Shown here: in pieces, positions 10,857-23,454 of the stretch
How the letters are laid out: every line of letters begins with the position of its first letter
How positions within the stretch are numbered: the first letter of the stretch is position 1
Assembly (NCBI GenBank): GCA_025558095.1
Contig: JAIVFI010000019.1
Span: 372,001 to 436,000, forward strand
Length of the DNA stretch: 64,000 nucleotides
Source of the DNA: Hyaloraphidium curvatum SAG 235-1
Lineage: Eukaryota > Fungi > Monoblepharomycota
Reading direction: 5' to 3'
The notes under the pieces: generated by a model
Seen by the model: the letters and a program-made list of their open reading frames with translations, nothing else
Database searches by the model: none
What the model was told of the DNA's origin: nothing
Translations under genes and position numbers: made by a program

Positions 10857-13800
10857 TCAAAGCTGGTATCGTTCGTGCAGCCGATTCCGTACTTGTATCG
10901 GATACTGAGCAACGTAGTGGTCCCATTGCTGCTGGTTCATCGAGTTCTTGAAGGCGTATAGGATCTGCAATAGAGACTGTCAGGACCAAATCGCGCCGCC
11001 GCCGGGCGAGCAACCGACCCCCTTGAAGCTCTCGTTCAGCTGCGGCGATATCCTATTCCACTGCGTCACCGCATCGCAGAAGTAAACGAAGGACTTGATG
11101 ATGCCGTTCGGGTTGACCTCGATGAGCTTGCACAGTCCCTGGAACGCCGACTCCTTCTCCGGGTTGTCGCGGATGTTGCGCAACGCCTTGCACCAAGGCT
11201 CGGCAAACGTCTCCAGGTACGGCGCGACGAGCTGCGGGCACACCAGACCAAGCCGGCCAATCGTGATCGCCGCGTTCTCCAGCAATGTCCGCGAGTTGCT
11301 CTCCGTTTGAAGCAGCGGGATCAGCTTGGAAAGGAGCGGCGTGACGTACGGCTCCATCCGCGGACCTGTGATCAACCCAGGAATCAGCGAAAGCATCGGC
11401 GTGCCTTCACGATCGACCGACCATATTGAAGCGCGATCTCGCCCGCCGCCCACGCGGCATTGTTGCAGACGGATACCTTGAGCTGGTCGACGATGGGCTC
11501 GATCTGGTTGATAACCTCCGGTAGCAGCTGAGAGAGGTACGGCTCAAGCCGAGGGAATGCGGAAATGGCGAGGTCGCCCAGAAGTGCGTAGGCGCTCTGC
11601 CGGACTTCCGATACCGCATCCTGCCGGGGCAACAGGTCAGGTTCATTGCGGCCATAACCGCCCGCCACAACGCACCTGCATGCAGACATTGAGCAGCGGC
11701 ATGAGCGGCGGGTTGCTGTTTGCGACCAAGCCGTCGACCGACGGTCCGAGACCCTGAGCGATCCCGGAGAGCAGGTCCAACGCAACGATCATGAAGTCCT
11801 TGTCCGGAGCTTCCAGGTTGGGATCTTGCTGGTACATGGCCTCGGCTTGCAGGGTGCTCTGAATCAGGTTCAAGCACCGCTCCCAGACGGGCGGCGCGAA
11901 GGGAGCGAATCCCGGGCCGAGCGCCACAGCGACTGAGGACAGGCACTGCCACGGTTGTGAGAAGCTGCGTGCAACGCGACCGCGACAAGCACGAACCTCG
12001 AGCAACGGGAAGATGTCGCGGTCCGCGTCCCGGAGGCGATTCCAGCGTTCCGTCAGGGGTCCCATGAGGGTCTGCACGTGCTCCGGCGTGTTGAGAGCGC
12101 CGCCGACCGAGTCGGCCAGCGTGCCGACGGCGTCGTAGAGGATCAGCAGGTTCTTGTGCTGGTACTTGCCAAAGGCGGCGACCAACGTCTGCAGGATGGG
12201 CCCGAGGTACGGGACCAGCTGATCGCACGCCTCCTCCTCGAGGGTGGCGAAGGCACTGCAGCCGGCTTCCTGCACGCGCTTGTTGTTGTCGAGCACCATG
12301 GCAAGAAGCCCTTGGAGGACGGGCTCGAAGTAGTTGTGCTTGTGCGCGATGTAGTCTTCGGCCGGCGCATTGACGATCCAACGCGCGTAGCGACCGAGAG
12401 TCCAACACGTGATGGAGCGAATCAAGGGCTGGCAGTGACATCGCGTCAGCATCACCTGCGGCATTCTTCGAGGCGCAAAACGCACCTGGCGATCGTTCAG
12501 GCAGCCGACCAGGAAGGGCACGAGAACATTGAGGTGGTTGTCCATGGCTTGGCAGCCTGCGAGACCTTGTCAGCACGTGTCTACCCGTTGGCGCAGGAGA
12601 AAGTAGTCTCACCTTCGGCGACGGCGCCCAAGGCCAGCACCGCGCACTCGCGCTCCTTCCAATCCTGAGACCGCAGCCGCTCCTGGAGCAGCGGCAGCAG
12701 GATCTCGAGCAGATCGTCGCCGTACACGGTCGCCAGCACGTCGAGCGCGGCCGCGGAGCACTTGCGCAGGTTCCACTCCTGGTAAACGTCGTCTTCATCC
12801 TCGTCGTCCTCGTCCTCGTCCTCGTCGATCTGCTCGCCATCCTCGTCGAACTGCGGGACCTGCTGCGGCTTGGCGGCCCCTTCGACGTGCTCGAAAGCGT
12901 GCGTTTTCGCCTTGTGGTGCCGGGGCTTGATGTCCTTGTCCTGGTCCGGCACATCGGCATCCTCATCCGCCCCCACCAGAATCGCCACGTCGTCGTCGGT
13001 GTAGACCATCCCCTTGAGCAGGACCGGGATGACGCTGGACGGAACTGTTAGCGTCCGATTCCCGAACCGGCCGCACATGCGGGGCCCACTTCTTGATGTG
13101 CGGCTCGAGGTGGTCGCGCAGCTCGTCCTGCTCAGCAAACGCCAGCCAGAACTCGCACGCCTCCAGGGCCACGCTCTCGTCCTCGTCCTGGGTGCAGTAC
13201 AGCATGAAGCTGACGACCGAATCCAGTGAGGGCAGCAGCTGGTCCGGGCGGACTTCGAGCAGCATGACCAGGGCCTGGCAGACCTGCTTCCGCACGGGAG
13301 GCGCCGCGTCGTTGGCGCGGGCGTACAGCGCCTGCACGAACTGCTCCAGGTTCGCCATGAGCGACTGCGACTTTCCGAGGATGAACTGGTTGATGCACGC
13401 GATGGCCGACGCGCGGACCTTGACGCTGGGCGAATCGAAGAAGGTGATGATGCGCGGGATCATGAAGTTGAGGGGCCGGCCGGCTTCGTCCGAGTCCAGC
13501 GCGCGCGACGAATCCTCGCAGATCTTTTGGAGCGCACTGAAGGTTCCCTGGGGGTTTCGCCGCGCGTGAGCCGGGTGGGACACATTCCCGTGCCCCTCCT
13601 GCCCACCTCGACCACCTTCATATCCTGGTGTGCCAGGAGCTCCATCAGGCGCGGCATCACCTCGCGCCACGACAGCAGACCGCCGCGCGAGATGATGGTG
13701 GTGATGACTGTCCCGGCGGTGGAGCGCACAAGCTCCTCCGAGTCGCCGAGGGCCTGCAGCACACAGGCCTTGACGTACTCCACGACGTCCGGCGGGATCG

Positions 13801-14133
13801 TGTCCCAGTTGACCCGCAGCAGGTTCTTGAGCAGCAGGCCGGCGACGGTGCGCACGTTGGCCTGCTGCGTCGGCATCTGGGTGAGGATGTAGACGAGGTA
13901 GCGGCCGTACTCGGGCACGTTGTTGAACGATGCCAGGCGCTGCGATGCGGGCGGCACGACGGCAGATAATTGCGGTGCGAAATCGTCCAGATCAGCGCGG
14001 GCGGAAAGGCGGAGCGCGAAGGACGTCCCACCTGGTTGACCTGCTGCTGCACGCGGTTGTCCGCGGACCCGGTGTTCTGCAGCAGCTCGACCAGCTGGCC
14101 GAGCGCGCCCTGCTCGGGCGCCCAGTCTGCCAT
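10857..14133 (-). CDS. KAP104: Transportin-1 / importin beta-2; multi-exon
   Basis: [15 protein letters not shown], acidic loop [49 protein letters not shown]; last exon ends ...LHERYQL*. Confidence 0.95.
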
Positions 14134-14717
14134 CTTAGCGGGCGGCGGGCGGCGGGAGTCTCATGCGGTGGCGGCAGCCGCACGGCCCGAGCGGGCGATG
14201 CGCGCGGGCTGGACGCGCGGCGGGCCGCCGATGGAGCCCGGACGGCCGCAAGGACGCGGTGCGGCGCGGCACGGACGCGGGTCGTCGTCCGGGCAAGGGG
14301 CGACGCGTTTCTTTTCGGTGGTCGGTGGCCCGTCAACTCGATCCCTTTCGCGGGCCGGAGAGCGTGCGCCAGCCCAAGAGTCGTAAGGCAAAGCGTCCAC
14401 ATTTATCGAGCTAGAGACAACGTCCGTTAGGAGTCGCACAGGCCCTCGATCGCTGTGAGACGAGAAAAGCGCTGGGAAGGGGTGGTTTGACGCCTCCTGC
14501 GATCTCCGCCCCAGACGGTGCTTGAAACTTGCCAACGCTGTAAAAGGAGCTTTCAGAGACTGTGATCGAGGCGGGATCCGTCGCGATCGCCCTTCAGGGG
14601 ATATGGCGGGGGCCGTCCTCCTTGGATTGGTCGAGTCACGTCAACGACGTCCCGCCTTCTGTCCACGCGCTCCTTCCTCGCACCGACGCGACGGCACTCT
14701 ACGACCAATTCCGCGAG

Positions 14718-15807
14718 ATGAACTTCTTTTCCTCCAAGGAGCAGCCGGTTTCCCTGGACAAGGCAGGCCGCGATGTGCCTCCCAACCTCGGCACCGTCCC
14801 TGACTCCACAATCGCGCCGCAGGTCCGCGAGACCCTCATCCGGCTCGAAGACACCATCATCTTCGGTGCGTTCAATGCTGATAACGCAACGATGGTCGGA
14901 CGGAATGCCGACCACCCCCCGGGTCTCCATTTCAGCCCTCATCGAGCGCGCCCAGTTTGCGCACAATGCCAAGATCTACGAGCCCAAGGACTTTGATCTT
15001 GAGGGGCAGGACTTTGACGGATCCTTCATGGAATGGATGCTCCGCGAGACCGAGGTCATTCACGGTAGGTCCGGGCTCCCTCCCACTCATTGCGTCCCAA
15101 CGACCTCCTGCCGACTTTCGTACGATCTCCACCCCAGCCAAAGCGCGCCGCTTCACCTCCCCCGACGAGAACCCCTTCTTCCCGGACCTCCCCGCCCCCA
15201 TCCTCCCCGCTCTCGCCTACCCGGACGTGCTGCACCGCAACACGGTCAACGTCAACGCGGACCTGCTGCGGATATACGAGCGCGAGATCGTGCCGGCGCT
15301 GTGCAAGCCGGGGGACGACCTGCAGTACGGGAGCTCGGCGACAAAGGACGTGGACTGCCTACAGCTGCTGAGCCGGAGGATACACTACGGTGGGCTACCG
15401 AACGTTGCTGGGTGCTTCCGGGGTGTGGGGGCTGACGATCGAGCAACGGCGCGGGCCTCGGTGCAGGCAAGTTCGTGGCCGAGGCCAAGTTCACGGACCC
15501 CAAGTACCAGGAAAAGTACGTGGCGCTGATCAAGGCCGGGGACACTCCGGGAATCGAGGAGCTGCTCACCAACCGCGCGGTGGAGGAGCGGGTGGTGAAG
15601 CGGCTGCGGAAAAAGGCGGCCATCTACGGGCAGGACATCGTGGACGACGACGGGGGCGCGCCCAACGGCACGCCGGGGTCGCCGACCGGCGGATCGGGGT
15701 CGTACAAGATCGACCTGGACCTGGTCGTGCGGCTGTACGAAAAGTACGTGATCCCGCTGACCAAGCGGGTGGAGGTGGAATATCTCATGCAGCGGCTGGA
15801 TCCGTGA
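14718..15807 (+). CDS. ARO7: Chorismate mutase (eukaryotic AroQ type); multi-exon
   Basis: VRETLIRLEDTIIF, LIERAQF, RFTSPDENPFFP, LQLLSRRIHYG/KFVAEAKF, VIPLTKRVEVEYLMQRLD. Confidence 0.95.
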
Positions 15808-15942
15808 ATCTGTATAGGCGTGCGCGCGCGTGCTCGGTGTTCGCCCCCTCGTGGTGTGTATTCCCAACTGGGCAAAAAGGAAAAAGGAAACGACACATCG
15901 CCTGCTCCTTGCCTCCCAACCGCCGCCGTCCTCACGCGTCCG

Positions 15943-17319
15943 TCAACCGCGGAACACGACCGTCTGCTGCGCGGGCTTCGCCGGCGGCTTGCCCGACGGC
16001 CTCTGGGCCGGCGGCCGGGTATCCCGGATCCGCGAGGCGATGCCCGGCTTGCCGGATTGCGGGGGCGGCGATCTGCGGGAACCGGGGGTTGGTTCGATGG
16101 CAAAGGGCGTCAATGATGGCAACCCACCTGGATCCTTGGGCAGCAGACGAGGGAGCGGACGGCCGCGGGGGAACAGGGGACGGCTTGGACCCCACGTCCG
16201 ACACCTTGGATGCCCCGGCAATTGTGAGCGACCTCACTTCCTCGCACTTGAGCGTTTTGCCTGCCCGGCTGTCAGGCGAAGGGTCGCAGCACCGACAGGG
16301 TGCGGCACCCACCGTCGGCCATCTGCCCGTCCAGCGCGGCTATACATCTCCTGGCGTCGGCGGGGTTCTCAAAGACCACGTGTGCCTCGCCCGTCGAGAC
16401 CTGGTTCGCGTTGTAGAGCAGGCTGACGCGCACGACGTTGCCGTACTCGGAGAGAGCGGCCTGGCGGACGGCACCCAGTCAGACGACGAAAGACACGAGC
16501 AAAGGCCATGCCGCCAACCCTCAAGTCCTGCTCGGAAGCCTCGGTGTGCAGGTTGGAGATCTTGACGGTCGCTGCCCCGGCCCTCCCCGCCGCCCCGGCC
16601 GCCCCCGCGATCTTTGCCGGCGCCGGCGGCGGCCGGTGCGGCACCGACGGCCCTGCGCCGGCCTGCACGCGCTTATGCGGCGCCGCCTCGTCGTCCGAGC
16701 CCGCCTTGCGCTTGCGGTCGTTCGCCGGCCCCCCGCCGACGCGGTCCGCCACGGACGCCTTGCCCGAGCGCATCTCGACGTCCGCGACCATGCCGCCCAT
16801 CATGCGCCTGACGCCTGGGTCCCAGGCGACGTTGCCGCGGCCGCGCACGGTCATTCCCGAGCCGCCTGCGATTGCCTGCACGGCGGTGCCGAACAGCGCG
16901 CCGGGGCCGGGGGCGGCCAGCACGGGCGAGAGGTCGTTGCGGATGGTGACGGTCAAGTCCTTCTGGCGGGGCGGCTCGCGTGCCGAGGACGCCTCCGGGG
17001 GCCGCGTCTTTATCTGCGGGGCGCCGGGGCCCAGCCGCGCCGCGATGGGTTTCTTAGCCGGGTTGGCGGCGGCCAGCGTGCCGCGCGACGCGCCCGCCGT
17101 CGGGTACGGCTCGGGCTTCGCCTTCTGCTTCTTCGCCGCCTTGCCGCCGCCGCCCGCCGCGTTGCTCTTTGCCGCCGCCGCCGCCGCCGCCGCCGCGCCC
17201 TTCGCGTCGACGCGCGGGCCGATGCGCGACGCAACGCCCGCGGGCGCCGGCTTGGGCGCGGGCCGCGGCGCCCGCTGCGCAGCCATAATCTCGTCGAGCG
17301 ACTTGTCGAGCTTGTCCAT
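15943..17319 (-). CDS. RRM protein resembling mRNA export adaptor ALYREF/Yra1 or POLDIP3
   Basis: N-terminal MDKLDKSLDEIM (UAP56-binding-like motif); RRM split by introns (VKISNL..EQDLR / EYGNVVRVSL..GEAHVVF..LDGQMADG). Confidence 0.65.
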
Positions 17320-17758
17320 CGGGACAAACTGGATCGGCGGGCAGGGGTTTCGGAGGGGGAGGGGGGGAGGGAGGTGATTACTCGATCACTTTTTCAACCC
17401 CGTCAACCACCAACCGCCCATACAGACGGGGGAAGACGCAATGTCTGTCTGCAGGTGCGTTCCATGGAGCTAATACCTCCCCCCCGGGGCAGCCCCGGCT
17501 GGACGAGGCCACGATCGACGGTCCACTGCAGGCATGCACCATGTCAGGGTGCGATCGCCGAAGCCGCGGGGAAGTAGCCGAGACCCAGTTCGCGAGAGAC
17601 GATTGCAGTCCGCCTCGTGCTTTCTCTTGGACCGGCCGTGCAGTACGTCCGCCGTCCTGTACGACGCCTCAATGCATGGGCCGGACAAGGGGGTGATGGG
17701 GTGGAGGTGCGAGACAACAAGCAAAGATCACACTTTCCGTCGTCGTCCGTTCCCCGGC

Positions 17759-20093
17759 ATGGCGCCCAAGAAGGACCCGCCGCTCGGGCGTGCGCTCGTG
17801 CGCAGCCGGTTCGGTTCGGGGCGCGCGATGGTCGCCGACGCGCGCGACGGCACGCGCCACGTGGCCGAGCTCGAGCGCGGCGCGGCGCGGCCCCTCGGCA
17901 GCGTCACCGACGAGAGCGACGTCGACGCGTTCCTCGCGGCGGCCGCGCTGCGGGGCGAGGAGTTCGCGGCGGAGCGCCGCGCCGTGCGGCTCGTCGCGCA
18001 CGGCGGCATCGCGGCGGCGGCCGGCGGCGAGAACGGGCCGGTCGTCGCTTCGCACGCCCCCGCCGGCGGGCTGCTGCTGGCCGCGCAGATCGCTGCGTCG
18101 GGCAACCCGCACCTGCTCGCGCCCGCAGACGAGGCCGCCGCCCTGCGCGAGCACGAGGCGCTGCGGGGCTGCCTGCGCGTGCCGAGGCGTCCCCGCTGGG
18201 ACCCGCGCACCACGCCGGAGCAGCTGGCTCGCGCCGAAAAGGACGCGTTCCTGGCCTGGCGCCGCGGGCTGGCTGAGCTCGAGGAGGACAAGGGGCTGCT
18301 GCTCACGCCGTTCGAGCGCAACCTCGACATCTGGCGCCAGCTGTGGCGCGTCGTCGAGCGCTCCGACCTGGTCGTGCAGATCGTCGACGCCAGGAACCCG
18401 CTGCTGTTCCGATCCGAGGACCTGGAGCGCTACGTGGCCGAGTTCGGCGAGCCGGACGGGCCAGTGGGCGTGGGGACCGGCGCAAAGAGGAAGCGCAACC
18501 TGCTCGTCGTCAACAAGGCAGACTTTCTCACCCCGGCGCAGCGCCGCGAATGGGCGGACTACTTTGACGCGCGCGGCATCCGCTACGCCTGGTTCTCGGC
18601 CGCGCTGGCAAAGAAGCTGCAGGACGAGGAGAAGAAGCGGGCCGCCGACGAGGAGGAGGGGATGTCTGCGGTCGCCCCGGCGGCGGCACGGGCGTCCGAG
18701 GTCAAAGGCGAGGAAGGAGGCGAGGAAGGTGCTACCGATGAGGCCGACGGAGAAGAAGCGAGGCTGGCAAAGGAGATGGAAGAGGCCGGTCGGCTGCTGG
18801 CAAGGACTGCCGTCAACGGCACAGCTTCCGACGGGGAGCACCAGCCGAACGCCGCGTCTCCCTCTTCGGATTCGGAAGGTTCGGACTCGGATCCTTCAGA
18901 GGGCGACTCGGGTGACGAGGAGGCCGACGACGACGAACGGCTCCCCGTAACGTTCGAGGACGACCGGCGCATGTACCTGCACGCGCACGCCGTCCCCGCC
19001 GCACCGGAGGCCGACCCCCGCACGCGCATCCTCTCCTCCGCCGAGCTGCTCGCCCTCCTGGAATCTTCCTGCCCCCCCTCGGACGACCCCGCGCACAAGC
19101 CCACGGTCGGCATGGTCGGCTACCCCAACGTGGGCAAGTCCTCCACCATCAACGTCCTCGCGGGCTCCAAGCGCGTCGCCGTCTCCTCGACCCCGGGCAA
19201 GACCAAGCACTTCCAGACCATCCACCTGCCCGGCACCCGCATGACCCTGTGCGACTGCCCCGGCCTCGTGTTCCCGACCTTTGCTACCACAAAGGCCGAC
19301 CTCGTCACGCAGGGCGTGCTGCCCGTGGACCAGATGCGCGAGCACACGGGGCCCGCGGCGCTGCTGTGCATGCGCATCCCGAGGAGGGTGCTCGAGTGGA
19401 CGTACGGCCTGGTGATCAGGAAGAGGGGCGCCGCGGAGGCGAGGGAGGGGTGGGAGGAGGATTACTGCAGGCCCGAGGAGCTGCTGCAGCAGTACGCTGG
19501 TGCGTCGATACGCGGGCCGCTCACGATCGTCGTTCCTTACCTCTCCGTTGCCCCGATTCCCGCTTCCAGTGATGCGCGGCTTCGCCCGTGGCGTGCAGGG
19601 CAACCCCGACGAGCACCGCGCGGCGAGGTACCTGCTCAAGGACTACATCGACGGCCGGCTGCTCTACTGCATGCCGCCGCCCGGCTGCGGGCTGAACGGG
19701 GAGCGCTTCAACGCCGAAATCTACGCGGGCAAGTCGCTCTCGGGCCGGCGCCGGCGCGGGCAGGAGGAGCAGGACCCGGCCGCATCCGCGGGCGCGGAAC
19801 CGGCCGTTGCGGGGGAACGGGACTTTGACAGCGACTTTTTCCGCGACGCCGGCAAGCAGGGCCTGCTCCCGTCGACGCTGGGCAAGTTCCGCCAGGCCGA
19901 CTTTTCGAGGCCGAAGTTCTACCCGTCGCAAAACGTGGCCAACGACGACGGGACGGCCAGCACGGCCACGGGATGGACCTTCACCTCCTCGTCCACGCGG
20001 TGGACAAAGGGGGACCCGGGGGAGAACGGCAAGAAGCACTGGAAGGGGAACAAACGCGAGAAGAAGCGCACGGCGTGGACGAAGGTCGATTGA
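17759..20093 (+). CDS. LSG1: Large-subunit GTPase 1 (circularly permuted GTPase); intron near 19500-19569
   Basis: LLTPFERNLDIWRQLWRVVERSDLVVQIVDARNP, NKAD, GYPNVGKSSTIN, TPGKTKHFQT, DCPGLVFP, ARYLLKDYIDGRL. Confidence 0.95.
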
Positions 20094-20114
20094 TGGGCTT
20101 GGCTCGTGTTGCCT

Positions 20115-21638
20115 TCACCCCCAGATATCGGCAATAACCTGGGTATCTGAGCGCTCGTCGACGTATTCGTACCACCCGTTCCCGACCTGCTTGGCCGTCT
20201 TGTCCGCCGCCCCGGCCTTTGCGGTCTGGGCCTCCTGCGGCGTGCGGTCCAGGTCCTCCTCGTCGTCGTCCACATCCCACTCCACGTCGGTCAGGACTGG
20301 AAGCGGCGGGCTCTTTGTAGACTCGGGCGACGCCGTCAGAGCCGTCATGGGCTGCATCCCGCGCCTCGCCAGTCCGCCGAGGATCCGTTGCGGTGCCGAA
20401 TGGACGGGCAACTCGGTCTCGCTGCGGGAGCGGGACCTCGCCTCGTCGTCGCTGCTTTTGTCCGACGAGACAGTGGCAAAGGCCGCCAGGACGACGCTGC
20501 GGAACCGCGACCGCTTGCGCTCATTGGCAATCAGGTTCGGGAGGCGGCCAGAGGCGTCGTCCTGCGCGGCGACGGAGAGCACGCCGGGCATGTGGTCGGC
20601 CGTGCGGGTGCGCTGGAGCTTCATCGGCCCGTCCGCTGCCGCACCGTCCGCAGAATGCGGCGAGGCAACGGCCTGCCTGTCGCCCAGCGCGGGGTCCTCG
20701 AGCAGCGACTGCACGGTCGGCTTTTCCGAAGCCGGCCGGACGGGATCGCTGTCTTCCTCGGCCTCGATGTTGACCTGCCGCAGCGCCTCCAGGTACGCCG
20801 GGGGGGTAAACTGCTGGATCCAAGGGTGGCGCATGGCCTCGTCCGCCGTCAGCCGCTCGGCTGGGTCGACGGCCAGCAGCTTCCTGCAAAAGTCCATGGC
20901 CTCGGGCGAGATCGAGTCCCACGTCTCCTCGGAAAAGTCAAAGGAGCCGCCCATGATCCGGCGGAAAAGGTCGGCCTGGTCCGAATACCCGGCGCACGGA
21001 TGCCGTCCCGTGAGGCACTGCACCGCGATCACGCCGAGCGAGAAGATGTCCACGGCCTTCGTGTACCCTTTGCCCTGCAGGATCTCCGGGGCCATGAAGA
21101 GCGGCGAGCCAATCTGGGTTTGAAGCAAGGTCCGCGGGTCGTTGATCTTGGCAATGCCGAAATCGAGGATCAGCAGCGGGGCATTGGGATCCTGGCTCCG
21201 GAACTGTAGGTTGCTCGTCTTCAGATCGCGGTGGACGATGCCCCGCGCGTGCAGGAAGCAGACTGCGTTTAGGACCGTCGCGAGGCAGACGGCGGCGTCC
21301 TCCTCCGTGAATGTCCGCAGCTCCACGATGCGGTCAAAGAGCGTGCCTCCTTCGGCAAGCTCAAAGACAAGAGCATAGGACCGCGACGTCTCGAACAGGT
21401 CGAGCAGCCTGATCACGTGGGGGTGACGCAGGCCCCTGAGGATGCCTGCCTCGGCCTCGACGACGCTGCTCGCGTCGCCTGCGCGCTTGGCAATCGTCTT
21501 GATGGCGCATTTCCGCCCCGTCGGTAGATGGATCGCCTCGCGAACCTTGCCCTGCGTCCCTCGGCCGAGGACGCGTACGATGCTGTACTCTCTCCATTTC
21601 TCTTCCTTCGGGACGCTCGCGCAGCGCTGGTCTCCCAT
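20115..21638 (-). CDS. Ser/Thr protein kinase, CaMK group
   Basis: LGRGTQG, CAIK, HRDLKTSN, DFG, GSPLFMAPE, DIFSLG; intronless; C-terminal basic helix RSRFRSVVLAA resembling a CaM-binding segment. Confidence 0.9.
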   Translation of the reverse strand: MGDQRCASVPKEEKWREYSIVRVLGRGTQGKVREAIHLPTGRKCAIKTIAKRAGDASSVVEAEAGILRGLRHPHVIRLLDLFETSRSYALVFELAEGGTLFDRIVELRTFTEEDAAVCLATVLNAVCFLHARGIVHRDLKTSNLQFRSQDPNAPLLILDFGIAKINDPRTLLQTQIGSPLFMAPEILQGKGYTKAVDIFSLGVIAVQCLTGRHPCAGYSDQADLFRRIMGGSFDFSEETWDSISPEAMDFCRKLLAVDPAERLTADEAMRHPWIQQFTPPAYLEALRQVNIEAEEDSDPVRPASEKPTVQSLLEDPALGDRQAVASPHSADGAAADGPMKLQRTRTADHMPGVLSVAAQDDASGRLPNLIANERKRSRFRSVVLAAFATVSSDKSSDDEARSRSRSETELPVHSAPQRILGGLARRGMQPMTALTASPESTKSPPLPVLTDVEWDVDDDEEDLDRTPQEAQTAKAGAADKTAKQVGNGWYEYVDERSDTQVIADIWG

Positions 21639-21718
21639 CGCCGACTCCGTGCCGTGGTCCAAAGTCGCGCGTGATCGCTGGCGGGCAAACTAATTCGGAC
21701 TCCGCCCAAGCTCCACAT

Positions 21719-22377
21719 ATGTTTGCTCGCAGCTGGGCGCGCTCTCGCGGCTCCTTTACGTCTATAATGTCGCTGGAATCCGGCATCGCCGGGGCGCCGA
21801 CGCACTTGGCCCGTCGATCGCAGTCTTCCCACCCGGCGCCGTTTGTGCCCCTGGTTGAATACGAGGACGCGTCTCCCGGAGCCAAGGCCGTGTTCGACAC
21901 AATCATCGCGAGACGAGGCCTGAAGGACGCGTCGCAGATCAACAACTTCTGGCGTGCGCTGGCAAACGACGAGAAAACGCTGAAGAGGACGTGGGAGTCG
22001 GTCGAAGAGGTCATGGCACCAGGCGGCGCGCTCGACCCCCTGGTCAAGCAGCTCATCTGTGAGCTTTGCCGCTTCCAAGCATTCGGTTTGTCTCTGATGC
22101 GCCCATAATCAGATATTGCGGTCTCCCAGGTCAACAACTGCGGGTATTGGTAGGTGCGGACGGAGTTCGGTCTACATTCACTCAGGCTCGTCATCCCGAA
22201 AGTCAACTTTCACACGGCGCCGCGGCCAAGAAGTTGGGAATGACGGCAGCTATGTTCATGGAGCTCAGCGCGGTCGTGGCAATGGCCAACGAGACGAATC
22301 GTCTCGCCACGGCGCTCAGGGTGCCGCCGGACGAAGAAGCTTTTGGAAATGTGCCATTCGCCGAGAGCCAGTCTTGA
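21719..22377 (+). CDS. AhpD/carboxymuconolactone-decarboxylase-family peroxidase-like protein, 2 introns
   Basis: Spliced product reads LVEYEDASP..INNFWRALAND..VMAPGGALDPLVKQLIYIAVSQVNNCGYCQLSHGAAAKKLGMT..ANETNRLATALRVPPD, with the CxxCxxxH motif. Confidence 0.85.
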
Positions 22378-22385
22378 AGATGGAT

Positions 22386-23345
22386 TTACAGACTATGCTC
22401 CTCCGTGATCGGCACGAAATCAAACACCGGCGGCGTCCTTCGGTCCGTCTTGTAGCCCGGCTCCGACATTGCAGCGTTGATGCACAAGACGCCGGCATGT
22501 TCCTCGGTGCCGAAAGCCTCGTGTATGTGGCCAAACACATTCACCGCCATATCGACCCTTCCCGAATCGATGAGGGCGCGGAGAGCTTCGCAGCCAACGT
22601 TCTCGCCCGTCATGTTGCTGCGATCCAGGATTCCCATGGGCGGGGAGTGCGAAATGAGCAGATCGGTGTCCGGAGGCACCAGGGAGTACTTCTCCTCCAA
22701 CTCCCCGGTGTTCCTCGGTCGCATTAGAGCCCAGCTGTGAAAATCGGGGGCGTGGGGGCTGCCCCAGATGCGAAATTGCTGTCCGGAGGCGAAGTCTTCC
22801 GGCGGAGGCGCCTTCTCCAGTTCGCGGATTGTCAGCTCCTCCACACCCCCCGCAGACACCGTCTTAGCAATGACGCCCGAATCCTCAAGGTAGAAGATCC
22901 CCAAACGCCTCATCTCCGCGTTGTCGAGCAGCCCCTTTACACTCGTTGCATCTTCGAGGGGTCCCTCCGTAAACAACTTGTGGCCGCTAGTCCGCTCAAA
23001 GTACTCATGAACACGCTTCTCGAACGGGCTCAATGTTGCGAGATCACGGGCGTGGAAGCTCGCTCCGTTCGCCGCATACCAGGCTGGGTCGAATGTGAAG
23101 TCGTGGTTGCCCGCTATGACCACCTTGTACTTGATGTGCGTCAGAGTTTTGAGCCACTCTACAAAGTCCGCGACCTCTTCCCGGCGGCCGTTGAACGTGA
23201 AATCACCGCCGTGGACCAGGACGTCGGCGGGGGGAAGGCGAATATCGCGATGACGCGTGTGGGTGTCCGAGATCGCGACACATCGCACCGCGCCGCGCGG
23301 TTTAGGCGCTTTGGGAAACAGAACGGCGCGGAATCGTGGGGCCAT
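22386..23345 (-). CDS. Metallophosphoesterase, MPPED/239FB-like
   Basis: ISDTH, DVLVHGGDFT, IAGNHD, LISHSPP, VFGHIHE, INAA motifs. Confidence 0.88.
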   Translation of the reverse strand: MAPRFRAVLFPKAPKPRGAVRCVAISDTHTRHRDIRLPPADVLVHGGDFTFNGRREEVADFVEWLKTLTHIKYKVVIAGNHDFTFDPAWYAANGASFHARDLATLSPFEKRVHEYFERTSGHKLFTEGPLEDATSVKGLLDNAEMRRLGIFYLEDSGVIAKTVSAGGVEELTIRELEKAPPPEDFASGQQFRIWGSPHAPDFHSWALMRPRNTGELEEKYSLVPPDTDLLISHSPPMGILDRSNMTGENVGCEALRALIDSGRVDMAVNVFGHIHEAFGTEEHAGVLCINAAMSEPGYKTDRRTPPVFDFVPITEEHSL

Positions 23346-23454
23346 GTTGTAGTCGCGTCGTTTTTTTTTCGGGCGCGGCCCAAACCCAAGAGCAAACGCA
23401 ATCTGTATAGGCAAAAAAACGAATACACCATCCAGCTTTGGTCCATTGAGCACG

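Noticed and set aside
17170-17197. GCC and GGC microsatellites (also ~37790)
   Set aside because: They encode poly-Ala and poly-Pro in low-complexity protein regions.
21719-22377. Selenoprotein or recoded stop in the redox gene
   Set aside because: Both Cys codons are TGC/TGT after splicing. The frame breaks I examined across the window resolve with normal introns, so there is no sign of an alternative genetic code.
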